A DNA stretch of 64,000 nucleotides, taken from positions 616-64,615 of the forward strand of contig DXFU01000087.1 in NCBI GenBank assembly GCA_019114305.1, given 5' to 3'. This document shows, in pieces, positions 1-10,514 of this stretch. The notes under the pieces are model-generated. The model searched no databases, was not told where the DNA came from, and saw nothing but the letters and a program-made list of their open reading frames with translations. How positions within the stretch are numbered: position 1 is the first letter of the stretch; each line of letters begins with the position of its first letter. Made by a program: the position numbers and the translations under genes. Source of the DNA: Candidatus Hungatella pullicola. Lineage in GTDB: Bacteria > Bacillota > Clostridia > Lachnospirales > Lachnospiraceae.

Positions 1-221
1 ACATAGTAAAGTTGGTGATTAATATTATAAAAATTAATGGTCTGCGTCTTTCCCGGCTGGGAGGAAGTTCTGGCAAAGGACTTCCGATTCATCAGAGAGT
101 TAATGAGGGAAGACTTTCCTACGTTTGACTTGCCTGCAAAGGCAAATTCCGGCAAAGTATTCTCCGGAAGCTTACTGGTGATTCCGCACACAGTTTCCAG
201 CTCTACACTTTTAATAATCAT
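1..221 (-). CDS. engB: Ribosome-biogenesis GTPase EngB/YsxC, N-terminal part (gene runs off the left edge)
   Basis: My own translation of the minus strand from ATG at 221 gives [65 protein letters not shown]... The P-loop GKSNVGKSS and the PGKTQ motif are EngB hallmarks. GAAAGGAAA lies just upstream of the ATG. The gene sits directly downstream of lon, as is usual in Firmicutes. It is missing from the ORF track because it is truncated. Confidence 0.8.
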   Translation of the reverse strand, partial: MIIKSVELETVCGITSKLPENTLPEFAFAGKSNVGKSSLINSLMNRKSFARTSSQPGKTQTINFYNINHQLYY

Positions 222-233
222 TCTGTTTCCTTT

Positions 234-2564
234 CTATTCCTTAACCAGGGCTTCCTCCAACACCTCAGCCATGGTCTTTACATACACAATCCGCAGGCCC
301 TTGGTAATCTCTTTGGAAAGCTCACTGATATCAGGGCGGTTTTTATCCGGCACAAGAACGGTCTCCACATGGGCCATACGGGCAGCCAGAATCTTCTCCT
401 TCAGACCTCCTATAGGCAGAACTCGGCCTCTCAAAGTAATCTCCCCTGTCATGGCTACCTTTGCTTTTACCTTCTTTCCAATAATGGCAGACATCATAGC
501 CGTAGCCATGGTAATGCCGGCTGAGGGACCATCTTTGGGAACAGCCCCCTCAGGAATGTGAAGATGAAAGTCGTGGGTCTCAAAAAAATCACTTTCAACT
601 TTATAATCCGGACAGATAGATCGAACATAAGTCAATGCAATCTGAGCCGATTCCTTCATCACGTCACCCATCTGGCCTGTCATCTGTAAATTTCCCTTAC
701 CAGGCATTACATTGACCTCGATCTGAAGGGTATCTCCTCCTACGCTTGTCCAGGCAAGTCCGCGGACAATGCCCACTTCATCCGCTTCATTTACATTATC
801 AAATGTAATTTTCTCCTTACCCAGATATTTCTCCAGATTGGCTTCTGTAATACGAATAGCAGTCTTTCTATCTTCCAAAAACTCTCTGGCAGCTTTGCGG
901 CAAATATCGCCGATTCTTCTCTCCAGGTTTCTTACTCCCGCCTCCCTGGTGTAATTACGGATAATCTTTTCCAGGGCATGATCGCTTATGGATACCTGGC
1001 TGCCTAAAAGACCGTTTCTCTCCAGCTGCTTTTTCACCAGATAGTCCTTGGCAATATGAAATTTTTCATTTTCTGTATAGCTGCTTACCTCAATAACCTC
1101 CATGCGGTCCAAAAGAGGACCTGGAATCGTCTGAGTGATATTGGCTGTAGCAATAAAAAGCACATTGGAAAGATCAACAGGAATCTCCACGTAATGATCT
1201 CTGAACTTTACGTTCTGCTCTCCATCTAACACCTCCAAAAGAGCTGAGGAGGTATCTCCTTTATAATCGCTGCTTACTTTGTCGATCTCATCCAAAAGCA
1301 TAAGAGGATTGCTTACCCCTGCCTGACGAAGTGCTTCCACAACTCGTCCGGGCATGGCACCTACATAAGTCTTTCTGTGACCTCTGATTTCTGCCTCGTC
1401 ATGAACACCCCCCAGGCTGATCCGCACATACTGCTTGTTCAGAGCTCTTGCTACAGAACGGGCAATGGATGTTTTTCCAGTTCCTGGCGGTCCCACAAGA
1501 CAGATAATAGGACTTGAACCTTTCTTGGTAAGAGCGCGTACAGCCAAATATTCCAGAATTCTCTCTTTTACTTTCTCCAAACCGTAATGATCCTGATTTA
1601 AAATATTCTCCGCATGGCCGATATCATTGTTATCTCTGGACATCTTGTTCCATGGAAGATCCAAAACTGTCTCTAGATACATTCGGACTACATTGGCTTC
1701 CTGACTTCCTCCAGGCATGGATTTGAAACGCTGAATTTCTTTCTGTATCTTCTCCTTTGTCTCCTTATCCGCCTTTAGAGCCTTTAATTTTTTTTCATAC
1801 TCATCCGCATCCGACAACGGATTGTCTTCTCCCAGTTCTTCACGGATTACCTTCAGCTGCTCTCTTAAAATATAGTCTCTCTGATTTTTGTCAATATTTT
1901 CCTTTACCTTGGTCTGGATGCTTCTCTTCACTCTGGTGATTTCAATCTCTGTCATCAGACAGCGCAGCACCAGCTCATACCGCTCCTCCAACAGAAGAGA
2001 CTCCAAAACAGCCTGCCGGTTTTTGTAATCCCATGGAAGCTGAATGGCAATCTGATCCAAAAGTTCACCCAGTTCCGTAATCACCATAAGATTTGGAAGA
2101 ACCTCCTTCATCATCCGGGGGTTTTCCTTGCCATACTCCTCCAGCTTCTCATGAAGGATTCGAACCATAGCCTGAGCTGTAACATAGTCTGCCGTCTGTC
2201 CTTGATCAAAGAGCAGCTCTACCTCTCCTATGAGCATAGGGTCTTCGCTGTAAAGGCCCAAAAGCTCACCTCGCTCCAGCCCTTCTACCATGACCCGAAT
2301 CACATTTCCCGGAATTTTCACCAGCTGCTTTACCAGGGCCACTGTACCTACCTGATACAGATCCTCCATTCCCGGATCTTCTTCCTCTGTATTCCTTTGA
2401 GTAACAAGAAATACCTTCTGGTCTTCTACCATGGCCTTCTCCACAGCCGCAATGGATTTATTCCGGCTGATATCAAAATGTATCATCATCTTTGGAAGAA
2501 CGGTCATCCCTCTCAGGGCAATGACCGGCATTGTCAACGTCTTGTCTTCCATGATTTCCTCCAT
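234..2564 (-). CDS. lon: ATP-dependent Lon protease
   Basis: 776-aa ORF with an N-terminal Lon substrate domain, AAA+ Walker A GPPGTGKTS and the C-terminal protease serine context PKDGPSAG. It follows clpX. Confidence 0.95.
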   Translation of the reverse strand: MEEIMEDKTLTMPVIALRGMTVLPKMMIHFDISRNKSIAAVEKAMVEDQKVFLVTQRNTEEEDPGMEDLYQVGTVALVKQLVKIPGNVIRVMVEGLERGELLGLYSEDPMLIGEVELLFDQGQTADYVTAQAMVRILHEKLEEYGKENPRMMKEVLPNLMVITELGELLDQIAIQLPWDYKNRQAVLESLLLEERYELVLRCLMTEIEITRVKRSIQTKVKENIDKNQRDYILREQLKVIREELGEDNPLSDADEYEKKLKALKADKETKEKIQKEIQRFKSMPGGSQEANVVRMYLETVLDLPWNKMSRDNNDIGHAENILNQDHYGLEKVKERILEYLAVRALTKKGSSPIICLVGPPGTGKTSIARSVARALNKQYVRISLGGVHDEAEIRGHRKTYVGAMPGRVVEALRQAGVSNPLMLLDEIDKVSSDYKGDTSSALLEVLDGEQNVKFRDHYVEIPVDLSNVLFIATANITQTIPGPLLDRMEVIEVSSYTENEKFHIAKDYLVKKQLERNGLLGSQVSISDHALEKIIRNYTREAGVRNLERRIGDICRKAAREFLEDRKTAIRITEANLEKYLGKEKITFDNVNEADEVGIVRGLAWTSVGGDTLQIEVNVMPGKGNLQMTGQMGDVMKESAQIALTYVRSICPDYKVESDFFETHDFHLHIPEGAVPKDGPSAGITMATAMMSAIIGKKVKAKVAMTGEITLRGRVLPIGGLKEKILAARMAHVETVLVPDKNRPDISELSKEITKGLRIVYVKTMAEVLEEALVKE

Positions 2565-2596
2565 ATTCTGTAAGTCAAAATTTATGCAAACTAAGA

Positions 2597-2637
2597 GAAA
2601 GGTGTCGCAGCAGCCTCACCTGACTGTAACACCTTTC
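2597..2637 (-). terminator. Hairpin between clpX and lon (possible partial terminator or attenuator)
   Basis: On the minus strand, GAAAGGTGT and ACACCTTTC form 9-bp arms around a 23-nt loop, followed by TCTTAGTTTG. The U tract is poor and the loop is large. Confidence 0.35.
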
Positions 2638-2647
2638 CCATTGTAAT

Positions 2648-3955
2648 TTACGCAATCTCGCCTGTTTTGTCTTTTCTAAGCTTTTTGGCCAGAGATTTTC
2701 TGGGTACTGTCATATCCCGGTATATCAGCTCCGGACCGCTCTTTTTATCTACCACGTCTCTGGTAATGGTACAGATGCCTATACTGCTGTCTGAGGGAAT
2801 CTCATACATAATATCCATCATTACGCTCTCAAGAATGGAGCGGAGTCCTCTGGCACCAGTTTTTCTCTCTACTGCCAGCTCAGCGATCCTCTCTACTGCG
2901 TCATCCGTCATCTCCAGCTTCACATCATCTAATTCAAACAGCTTCTGATACTGTTTTACCAAAGCATTTTTCGGCTCTTTCAAAATCTTCACCAATGCCG
3001 CTTTATCAAGAAGCTGCAGAGAAACTGTAACAGGAACGCGTCCGATAAACTCTGGAATCAGTCCGAATTTCACCAAATCCTGAGGAAGAACCTGGCGCAG
3101 CAGGTCGTCTATATCGGAATTATTTTTATCAACAATCTCCGCATTAAAGCCGATGGAACCGGCACTCAGGCGGCTTTCCACAATCTTCTCCAAACCGTCG
3201 AAAGCCCCTCCGCAGATAAAAAGAATATTGGTGGTGTCAATCTGGAGAAGCTCCTGATGCGGATGCTTCCTTCCTCCCTGAGGAGGAACGCTGGCTACCG
3301 TACCCTCTAAAATCTTTAGCAAAGCCTGCTGAACACCCTCTCCAGATACGTCTCTGGTAATAGACACATTCTCAGATTTCTTAGTGATCTTATCAATCTC
3401 GTCAATATAAATAATTCCATACTCAGCTCTGGCAATATCATAATCGGCTGCCTGAATCAGCTTAAGGAGAATATTCTCCACATCTTCGCCTACGTATCCT
3501 GCCTCTGTCAGAGCAGTAGCATCTGCAATGGCAAAAGGAACATTTAATATCTTTGCCAGAGTCTGAGCCAGATAAGTCTTACCGGAACCGGTAGGACCTA
3601 ACATAAGAATATTACTTTTCTGAACGTCCACATCCATATTCTTCTTGGAAGTAATTCTCTTATAGTGATTGTAAACTGCCACAGACAATACCTTCTTGGC
3701 GTTGTCCTGACCGATCACGTACTCATCCAAAAAAGCTTTGATCTCTTTCGGTTTCATCAGATTAATGTCCCCGAAATCCGGACCCTCTTCTTCATGATTG
3801 TCAAACTCTTCTTCCAGAATCTCAGCGCACAGCTCAATACACTCATCACAGATAAAAACATTGTTGGAGCCGGCAATCAGCTTTCTCACCTGTTCCTGGC
3901 TTTTTCCGCAAAAAGAGCATCGGATCTTGTCATCTGTTCTGACTGGCATATACAC
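2648..3955 (-). CDS. clpX: ATP-dependent Clp protease ATP-binding subunit ClpX
   Basis: N-terminal zinc ribbon CSFCGK...CDEC, Walker A GPTGSGKT, and an IGF loop (GSIGFNAE). 435 aa. Confidence 0.95.
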   Translation of the reverse strand: MYMPVRTDDKIRCSFCGKSQEQVRKLIAGSNNVFICDECIELCAEILEEEFDNHEEEGPDFGDINLMKPKEIKAFLDEYVIGQDNAKKVLSVAVYNHYKRITSKKNMDVDVQKSNILMLGPTGSGKTYLAQTLAKILNVPFAIADATALTEAGYVGEDVENILLKLIQAADYDIARAEYGIIYIDEIDKITKKSENVSITRDVSGEGVQQALLKILEGTVASVPPQGGRKHPHQELLQIDTTNILFICGGAFDGLEKIVESRLSAGSIGFNAEIVDKNNSDIDDLLRQVLPQDLVKFGLIPEFIGRVPVTVSLQLLDKAALVKILKEPKNALVKQYQKLFELDDVKLEMTDDAVERIAELAVERKTGARGLRSILESVMMDIMYEIPSDSSIGICTITRDVVDKKSGPELIYRDMTVPRKSLAKKLRKDKTGEIA

Positions 3956-3990
3956 ACCTCATTCTTTCCTTTAATCCGACAGTCTTATTT

Positions 3991-4575
3991 TTAATTATGA
4001 CTGTAGATAATATCATCAATCAGGCCATAGGCCTTTGCTTCCTCGGCGCTCATGTAGTTATCCCGCTCTGTATCCCGTTCAATTGTCTCATAAGACTGAC
4101 CTGTATTGGCAGCAAGGATCTCATTCAGCCGTTTCTTAATCTTTAATATGTTCTCTGCCACAATGCGGATTTCCGTAGCCTGGCCCTGAGCACCGCCGGA
4201 AGGCTGGTGAATCATAATCTCAGCATTAGGAAGGGCAAATCTCTTGCCCTTAGCTCCTCCAGCCAGAAGGAAAGCACCCATACTGGCTGCCATGCCCATG
4301 CAGACAGTGGAAACATCACACTTAATATAATTCATGGTATCATAAATAGCCATGCCGGCTGTTACAGAACCACCAGGGCTATTGATATAAAGGTTAATAT
4401 CCTTGTTAGGATCCTCTGCCTCCAAAAACAGAAGCTGGGCAACTACCAAGCTGGCAGTTACATCGTTCACTTCCTCCCCAAGAAAAATGATTCTCTCCTT
4501 AAGAAGTCTGGAATAAATATCGTAGGAGCGCTCTCCCTTGCTTGTGGATTCAATGACATAAGGTACTAAACTCAT
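3991..4575 (-). CDS. clpP: ATP-dependent Clp protease proteolytic subunit ClpP
   Basis: 194 aa with the catalytic Ser context [11 protein letters not shown] and His context IMIHQPSGG. Confidence 0.95.
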   Translation of the reverse strand: MSLVPYVIESTSKGERSYDIYSRLLKERIIFLGEEVNDVTASLVVAQLLFLEAEDPNKDINLYINSPGGSVTAGMAIYDTMNYIKCDVSTVCMGMAASMGAFLLAGGAKGKRFALPNAEIMIHQPSGGAQGQATEIRIVAENILKIKKRLNEILAANTGQSYETIERDTERDNYMSAEEAKAYGLIDDIIYSHN

Positions 4576-4659
4576 CTGACTTCCTCCTGTCTGTCTTTTT
4601 ATACCAAAGCCGAGCGAACTCCGGAAAACATCCGGAATCCCCTCGGTTCAAACAATCAC

Positions 4660-5946
4660 TTAAGCTAATTTTGCCTCTGCAACCAGGAAATCTACAGCAG
4701 CCTGAACAGCCAGATCTTCCTTCATCTGAGCCATACCCGCTTCTCCCATGTACTCCTTGATCTTATCAGCTTCCATTTTATAAGATTCCGCCATCTTAGA
4801 CAGCTCTTTCTCCACAGCCTCATCAGATGCCTGGATATTCTCTGCCTTTACAACAGCCTCAAGAACCAGTCTTGTCTGAATTCTCTTAACCGCCTGAGGC
4901 TTCATCTGCTCTTTCAGAGTATCAATTGTCATGCCTGTAAACTGCATGTACTGGTCAAGAGATAAGCCCTGACTCTGCATTCTTCTTGCATAATCATTAA
5001 GCATGTCATTTACCTGAGTATCAATCATTGGCTCAGGAATATCCATAGCAGCATTCTCTACAACCTTCTCTACAACCTTGTTCTCATTCTCTGCTGCTGC
5101 TGCTTTCTGCTTTCTTACAGAAAGTTTCTCTCTGATATCCTTTTTGTACTCTTCCAAAGTCTCAAACTCAGATACTTCTCCGGCAAACTCGTCATTGATC
5201 TCAGGAAGCTCTTTTCTCTTAATTTCCTTAACAGTTACCTTAAACATAGCCGGCTTTCCTGCCAGATCCTTTACATGGTACTCTTCCGGGAAGGTTACGT
5301 TTACTTCGCATTCTTCTCCGATATTCTTTCCGATCAGCTGATCCTCGAAAGTATCAATGAAAGAATGAGAACCAATGGTCAAAGGATAAGACTCTCCCTT
5401 GCCGCCTTCAAATGCCTTTCCGTCTACAAAGCCTTCAAAGTCAATAACAGTCTGATCGCCATCTTCAACAGCTCTGTCCTCTACAGTTACCATTCTGGAA
5501 TTCTGCTCCTGAACTCTCTTTAATTCGTTCTCTACATCCTCATCGGTAACTTCCTCGGAGGTCTTCTCAACTTCTACGCCCTTATACTGTCCCAGAGTTA
5601 CTTCCGGTTTAACAGCAACAGTAGCTGTATAGATCAGCGCTTTTCCTTTCTCAACCTGAGTAATCTCAATGTCAGGTCTGGATACAATATCAAGTCCGCT
5701 TTCCTTAGCAGCATCCCCATAAGTCTCATCCAAACATACATTGACAGCATCCTCATAAAGAACGCCTGCGCCGTACATTTTCTCCACCATCTTCTGAGGA
5801 GCTTTTCCCTTTCTGAATCCAGGGATGTTAAATCTGTTTTTGTTCTTATTGAAAGCGGTTGTAAGCGCTTTTTCAAACTGCTCAGCAGGTACTTCCACTG
5901 TTAATTTAGCCATGTTTTTTTCTAACTTCTCTACTTGTAAACTCAT
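4660..5946 (-). CDS. tig: Trigger factor
   Basis: 428 aa with the ribosome-binding signature GFRKGKAP near the N-terminus and an FKBP-like middle domain. It sits upstream of clpP-clpX. Confidence 0.95.
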   Translation of the reverse strand: MSLQVEKLEKNMAKLTVEVPAEQFEKALTTAFNKNKNRFNIPGFRKGKAPQKMVEKMYGAGVLYEDAVNVCLDETYGDAAKESGLDIVSRPDIEITQVEKGKALIYTATVAVKPEVTLGQYKGVEVEKTSEEVTDEDVENELKRVQEQNSRMVTVEDRAVEDGDQTVIDFEGFVDGKAFEGGKGESYPLTIGSHSFIDTFEDQLIGKNIGEECEVNVTFPEEYHVKDLAGKPAMFKVTVKEIKRKELPEINDEFAGEVSEFETLEEYKKDIREKLSVRKQKAAAAENENKVVEKVVENAAMDIPEPMIDTQVNDMLNDYARRMQSQGLSLDQYMQFTGMTIDTLKEQMKPQAVKRIQTRLVLEAVVKAENIQASDEAVEKELSKMAESYKMEADKIKEYMGEAGMAQMKEDLAVQAAVDFLVAEAKLA

Positions 5947-6012
5947 TATATGGGTTCCTCCTTAATATATATGTGAACCGCCATATCCCAGGGCGTTACA
6001 CTTCAATTTAAC

Positions 6013-6021
6013 ATTATAGCA
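6013..6021 (-). promoter_or_regulatory. Candidate extended -10 promoter of tig
   Basis: The minus strand reads TGCTATAAT (TGnTATAAT) about 65 nt upstream of the tig ATG. No good -35 element is present. Confidence 0.4.
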
Positions 6022-6080
6022 TACTCATTCAGCAAATTCCAGTACTATTTATGGGAAAACATATATTTTTGACCAATTCC

Positions 6081-6650
6081 CTACTTCACCGGAAACTCTG
6101 TCTGATCATACTGTATTGCGTTCTTTACCTGAAGAGCCTTTTCGCCGCCCTCCAGAAGGCTTACAAGCTCAAGTCCCAGATCCAAAGCATATCCCAACCC
6201 CCTTGATGTGGTGATTGTGCCGTCTGTCACCACACCTTTCCGGGTATGCTCTGCTCCCAGAAGCTGGTCTTCAAATCCCGGGTAGCATGTAGCCTTTTTC
6301 CCCTTAAGAAGTCCCAGTTTTCCAAGAACACTGGGCGCGGCGCAGATAGCGGCCAGCCTTCTTCCCTCCTCATATGCCTTTACAAGAGCCTGACAGAGGG
6401 CTTCACAGTTTCCAAGATTAACGGTTCCAGGCATTCCCCCTGGAAGAAAAATCACATCTGCCTGGGCAGCATCTGTATCTTCAATGACCTCATCTGCCAA
6501 AAGACGAATCCCGTGAGCGCTGACAACCTCTCTGCTTCCTGTAACAGATACCAGAGTAACCTCCTGTCCTCCTCTTTTTAACACGTCAACCACTGCCAGA
6601 AGCTCTGTTTCCTCTAAACCATCTGCCAAATATGCATACACCTTTGCCAT
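6081..6650 (-). CDS. DJ-1/PfpI (ThiJ/YajL-like) family protein
   Basis: Nucleophile elbow AAICAAP and DJ-1-like length. I placed the start at ATG 6650, which has AGAGGAG 9 nt upstream. The ORF-track TTG at 6656 is too close to the RBS. Confidence 0.85.
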   Translation of the reverse strand: MAKVYAYLADGLEETELLAVVDVLKRGGQEVTLVSVTGSREVVSAHGIRLLADEVIEDTDAAQADVIFLPGGMPGTVNLGNCEALCQALVKAYEEGRRLAAICAAPSVLGKLGLLKGKKATCYPGFEDQLLGAEHTRKGVVTDGTITTSRGLGYALDLGLELVSLLEGGEKALQVKNAIQYDQTEFPVK

Positions 6651-6652
6651 AA

Positions 6653-7678
6653 TCAACGACTCCTCTCTTTGTCTGTATTTTTTTCCAGGGCATCCGCCAT
6701 GGATATTTTTACATAATCCACTTGATAAAACACTTCTTCTTTCTTCCCATCTATAAGATTCATCAGCACATCTGCTGCCAGATGAGACTGGCTGGTATAG
6801 TCATTCCATACCGTTCCTGTAAGCCGTCCTTCACTCACAGCGTTTACGGCCTCCTGAAGTCCGTCCGCTCCCGTCAGATAAATATCCTGCCCCGGACGAA
6901 TCCCAGCTTCTTCTAAAGCTTCCTCCGCTCCCAGAGCCAGAGTGTCATTCCCGCAAAAAATAACCTCCAGTCTCCCTTCTCCCGCTTCTACAGCTTTTTT
7001 TGCCAGTTCTTTTCCCCTTTGACGCTCCCAGCTTCCATACCCAGAGTAGAGCACTTCTGTCTGCAGTCCAGCTTCCTCTAAGGTCTTAACAGAATATTGT
7101 ATTTCCTGCCGGCTGTTTTTGCCGTTATCCTCTCCCATTAAAAAAGTACAGCTGACAATACCGTCTCCATTTATATCTCCCTGATTGGGGGTATCAAGAA
7201 TAATCTCTCCCTGAAGAATTGCTGCCTGAGAAAAATCCGCGGACACGCTGGAAGCTTGTATTTTTTCTTCCTGCCATCGCTCTGTCTCCTCTGCGGAAGG
7301 CACTCTGTTAACAAACACAACGGGGACTCCCGCTTTGCGGCAGACTTCCGTGATCACTTTGCCGTCATCCTCAGATACCAGATTGACAATCACCCCGTCG
7401 CAGCCCTGGGACACAAACTCCCGTACCTGCTCCTTCTGCTCCAGGCGGCTGTTTCTGGCACTTCGCATAACAATGCGGGCCTGATATGTCTCCTGCAGAT
7501 ATTTTTCCAGTTCATCACGATATAATTTCATAAAACCGTCATCATACCGATAAATACTGATTCCGATTAACGGTGTTTCTTCCGCTTCTTCCTCTGTCTG
7601 CTGATTTTTTTGAACGCAGCCTCCCAAAAGGCACAAAGCGAAAAGCATAAGCACAAAAACAGCCTTTCTGACTTTCAT
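6653..7678 (-). CDS. Lipoprotein, periplasmic sugar-binding-protein fold (Peripla_BP, ribose/galactose-binding-like), orphan
   Basis: Signal peptide with lipobox LLGGC, followed by a type-I PBP-like sequence (IGISIYRYDD..., VVFVNR...). I placed the start at ATG 7678, which is preceded by GGAGGA. No ABC permease or ATPase gene is adjacent. Confidence 0.7.
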   Translation of the reverse strand: MKVRKAVFVLMLFALCLLGGCVQKNQQTEEEAEETPLIGISIYRYDDGFMKLYRDELEKYLQETYQARIVMRSARNSRLEQKEQVREFVSQGCDGVIVNLVSEDDGKVITEVCRKAGVPVVFVNRVPSAEETERWQEEKIQASSVSADFSQAAILQGEIILDTPNQGDINGDGIVSCTFLMGEDNGKNSRQEIQYSVKTLEEAGLQTEVLYSGYGSWERQRGKELAKKAVEAGEGRLEVIFCGNDTLALGAEEALEEAGIRPGQDIYLTGADGLQEAVNAVSEGRLTGTVWNDYTSQSHLAADVLMNLIDGKKEEVFYQVDYVKISMADALEKNTDKERSR

Positions 7679-7841
7679 GCTTTCCTCCATTCCTATCCTA
7701 CTGTTAAATCAGACCATTTCTTTCCATGCGCTATTCATCTTACCACGTTTCCCTCCGTTTTTCTACTGTCTTCTCAATATTTCGGGGATATGATAAAATA
7801 CAACAGAATACTTCGCAAAAAATGCGGGAAAGGACTTATCT

Positions 7842-8291
7842 ATGGAAATTGAACGTAAATTTTTAATTACAGATCCACCAGAAAACTACAGGGATTACCC
7901 ATATCTCACAATTGAGCAGGGCTATTTGTGCACCAGCCCGGTCGTTCGGGTTCGCAGACAGGATGACGAGTACATCCTCACCTACAAGTCAAAGGGGCTG
8001 ATGTCCAGAGAGGAGTATAACCTGCCCCTAACCAAAGAAGCTTATGACCACCTTCTTCTAAAAACAGACGGAACTATTCTCACAAAAAAGCGGTATTTAA
8101 TTCCTGTGGAAGGACAGGAAGGACTCACCATTGAGTTGGACATATTTGAAGGTAAATTTCAGGGACTTATGCTGGCAGAAGTGGAGTTCTCCTCCGAGGA
8201 GCAGGCTGCAGCTTTTGTTCCGCCTCAATGGTTTGGAAGGGATGTAACTTTCACAGGAGAATATCAAAACAGCCGCCTGTCCGGTCTGTAA
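7842..8291 (+). CDS. CYTH-domain protein (triphosphate tunnel metalloenzyme family)
   Basis: The ExExK signature sits at the very N-terminus (MEIERKF). At 149 aa it has the typical CYTH size. Confidence 0.75.
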   Translation: MEIERKFLITDPPENYRDYPYLTIEQGYLCTSPVVRVRRQDDEYILTYKSKGLMSREEYNLPLTKEAYDHLLLKTDGTILTKKRYLIPVEGQEGLTIELDIFEGKFQGLMLAEVEFSSEEQAAAFVPPQWFGRDVTFTGEYQNSRLSGL

Positions 8292-8298
8292 GATCAAA

Positions 8299-8335
8299 AA
8301 GAGGAACAGGCTCAGGAATCCGGCCTTTTCCTCTT
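8299..8335. terminator. Bidirectional terminator between convergent CYTH gene and cbiC
   Basis: AAGAGGAA and TTCCTCTT arms enclose an inner GC-containing hairpin. An A-run lies on the left and a T-run on the right. Confidence 0.6.
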
Positions 8336-8337
8336 CT

Positions 8338-8982
8338 TTATCTGCCGCCTGCCTGATAAAGAATGGCGTTGACAATGGCCGCCGCTACATTGCTGCCTCC
8401 CTTCCTTCCCCGGGCCACAATGGTTGGGACTTCTGCCAGCTCCAGAATCAGCTCCTTAGCCGGAATCACATTGACAAAACCTACGGGAACGGCAATAATC
8501 AGCTTCGGCCTGATTTTCTCTTCCTTCACCAGCTGATAAAGGCGGACCAAAGCTGTTGGAGCATTTCCCACAGCAAAAATACAGTCTTCCTTCAGATCAG
8601 CCGCTTTATCCATGCTGACCCACGCTCTGGTTCGTTCCTGTTCCATGGCCGCCTTCGCCACATCTTCATCAGCCATAAAACAGTCCGCCCGGCATCCCAG
8701 CTTTTTTAGAGCCGTCTGGTTGATCCCTGATCTTCCCATATTGGTGTCCGTAATAATTCTGGTTCCCCGACGCACTGCTTCTATGGCAGATTCCACAGCG
8801 CCCGGTGAAAAATAGAGACTATCCGCGTAATCAAAATCCGCTGTAGTATGAATGACACGCTTAATTACCTGCTCATTTTCAGGCGGAAGTTCTCTGCCCT
8901 TTAATTCTTCTGTAATAATCTCAAAGCTGCGCTTTTCTATTTCGTTGGGCAGCACTTTTTCAAACCCTTTGTAATCTGTCAT
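8338..8982 (-). CDS. cbiC: Cobalt-precorrin-8 methylmutase
   Basis: 214 aa with a CbiC/CobH-like sequence (HTTADFDYA, GNAPTAL). ATGA overlap with the cbiP stop. Confidence 0.9.
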   Translation of the reverse strand: MTDYKGFEKVLPNEIEKRSFEIITEELKGRELPPENEQVIKRVIHTTADFDYADSLYFSPGAVESAIEAVRRGTRIITDTNMGRSGINQTALKKLGCRADCFMADEDVAKAAMEQERTRAWVSMDKAADLKEDCIFAVGNAPTALVRLYQLVKEEKIRPKLIIAVPVGFVNVIPAKELILELAEVPTIVARGRKGGSNVAAAIVNAILYQAGGR

Positions 8983-10514
8983 CTTTTTCCAATCTCCTTT
9001 TGATCTATGCCCATCATCTCATATACAGCCGTCATATCAAGATTTTGCCTTACGGCGTCGGCCAGCTTGTTGTACTGAGCTTCCCTGTAATCTTTATAGC
9101 TGACAGAAGCTTTTTCCTGTGGAGAAAGACCTTTTTCCCTTAACAGCGCCTGACTTAAAGCGTCGCATATTCCATCGCCGTCGAAAATTCCATGTATATA
9201 AGTTCCGTAAACATTGCCTTTCTGGCAGCCATCCATTTTTGCCAGATGAGAGTCCGACTGAGATTCCATAACAAAGGACAGAGGAGGAACGCTTCTGACT
9301 GTCTCTCCCATATGGATCTCATATCCCTCCAGTTTAAGCCCTGACAGTCCCCACAGAATTCCGCCTACCGTTCCAAAAGCCCCGCTTACTCTGGTTCTTA
9401 CCTTTTCCTGTCCAAAAACTGTCCGTACAGGAAGAAGGCCCAGTCCTCGAAGTCCGTTTACAGCCAGAGAAGATTCTACCTCCTTGGGATCTTCAATCCA
9501 TTCTCCAAGCATCTGAAAGCCTCCGCAAATACCAAAAATGGTTTTATTAGAAGCCGCCGCCTTCTGTATCTCAGCTTCCAGGCCATTTTGACGCATCCAT
9601 AAGAGATCCTCAGCCGTATTCTTTGTCCCCGGCAGCACAATCAAATCCGGATTTCCCAGTTCCCTTACTGACGAAACATACCTTACCTGAAAACAGGGAT
9701 GGGCTGCCATTGCCTGAAAGTCAGTAAAATTGGAAATCTTGGGGAAGCGGATCACTGCCGCATCCAAAAGAGCTTTTCTCTTATTTCCCTCTAAATGGCC
9801 TCCTAAGCTGTCCTCATCCTCAATATCCACATCCACCCAGGGGATTACGCCTGTGACAGGAATTGAAACCAGCTGGTAAAGCTGTCTTAATCCTGATTCC
9901 AAAAGGCTTTTGTCTCCCCGAAATTTATTGATTACCAAACCTTTGACCCTGGCCCTCTCCTCTGGTTCCAGAAGAGCTACAGTTCCATAAAGTTGGGCAA
10001 ATACCCCGCCCCTGTCAATATCTCCTACCAAAAGCACCGGAGCGTCAGCCATACGCGCCACTCCCATATTCACTATGTCATTTTCCTTTAAATTAATCTC
10101 TGCCGGGCTTCCTGCTCCCTCAATAACAATAATATCGTAATTAGCTGCCAGTAAATCATAGGCTTTTTTTATCTCAGGAATCAGCTGTTTTTTGTACTGA
10201 TAATAAACAGAGGCAGGCATATTTCCCACAGGCACTCCATTTACAATCACCTGGGATCCCGTATTGCTGGATGGCTTTAACAGCACAGGGTTCATGGCCG
10301 CTACCGGCTCTGTACACGCAGCTTCCGCCTGAACCACCTGGGCTCTTCCCATTTCCAGCCCCTCTTTTGTAATCCAGGAATTCAGAGCCATATTCTGAGA
10401 TTTGAAGGGAGCTACCTGAAAGCCATCCTGGTAAAAGATCCGGCACAGCCCGGCCGCCACAAGACTTTTTCCAGCATTGGACATGGTTCCCTGAATCATA
10501 ATTGCCTTTGCCAT
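8979..10514 (-). CDS. cbiP: Cobyric acid synthase
   Basis: 511 aa with the N-terminal P-loop-like GTMSNAGKS and a C-terminal GATase-1 domain (ICGGFQMLG). Confidence 0.92.
   Translation of the reverse strand: MAKAIMIQGTMSNAGKSLVAAGLCRIFYQDGFQVAPFKSQNMALNSWITKEGLEMGRAQVVQAEAACTEPVAAMNPVLLKPSSNTGSQVIVNGVPVGNMPASVYYQYKKQLIPEIKKAYDLLAANYDIIVIEGAGSPAEINLKENDIVNMGVARMADAPVLLVGDIDRGGVFAQLYGTVALLEPEERARVKGLVINKFRGDKSLLESGLRQLYQLVSIPVTGVIPWVDVDIEDEDSLGGHLEGNKRKALLDAAVIRFPKISNFTDFQAMAAHPCFQVRYVSSVRELGNPDLIVLPGTKNTAEDLLWMRQNGLEAEIQKAAASNKTIFGICGGFQMLGEWIEDPKEVESSLAVNGLRGLGLLPVRTVFGQEKVRTRVSGAFGTVGGILWGLSGLKLEGYEIHMGETVRSVPPLSFVMESQSDSHLAKMDGCQKGNVYGTYIHGIFDGDGICDALSQALLREKGLSPQEKASVSYKDYREAQYNKLADAVRQNLDMTAVYEMMGIDQKEIGKR

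Noticed and set aside
4576-4659. Looked for CtsR (GGTCAAA repeats) or CIRCE operators upstream of clpP, clpX and lon.
   Set aside because: Neither motif is present in the short spacers. Only a composite hairpin downstream of tig and a TATAAA-like -10 element are visible.
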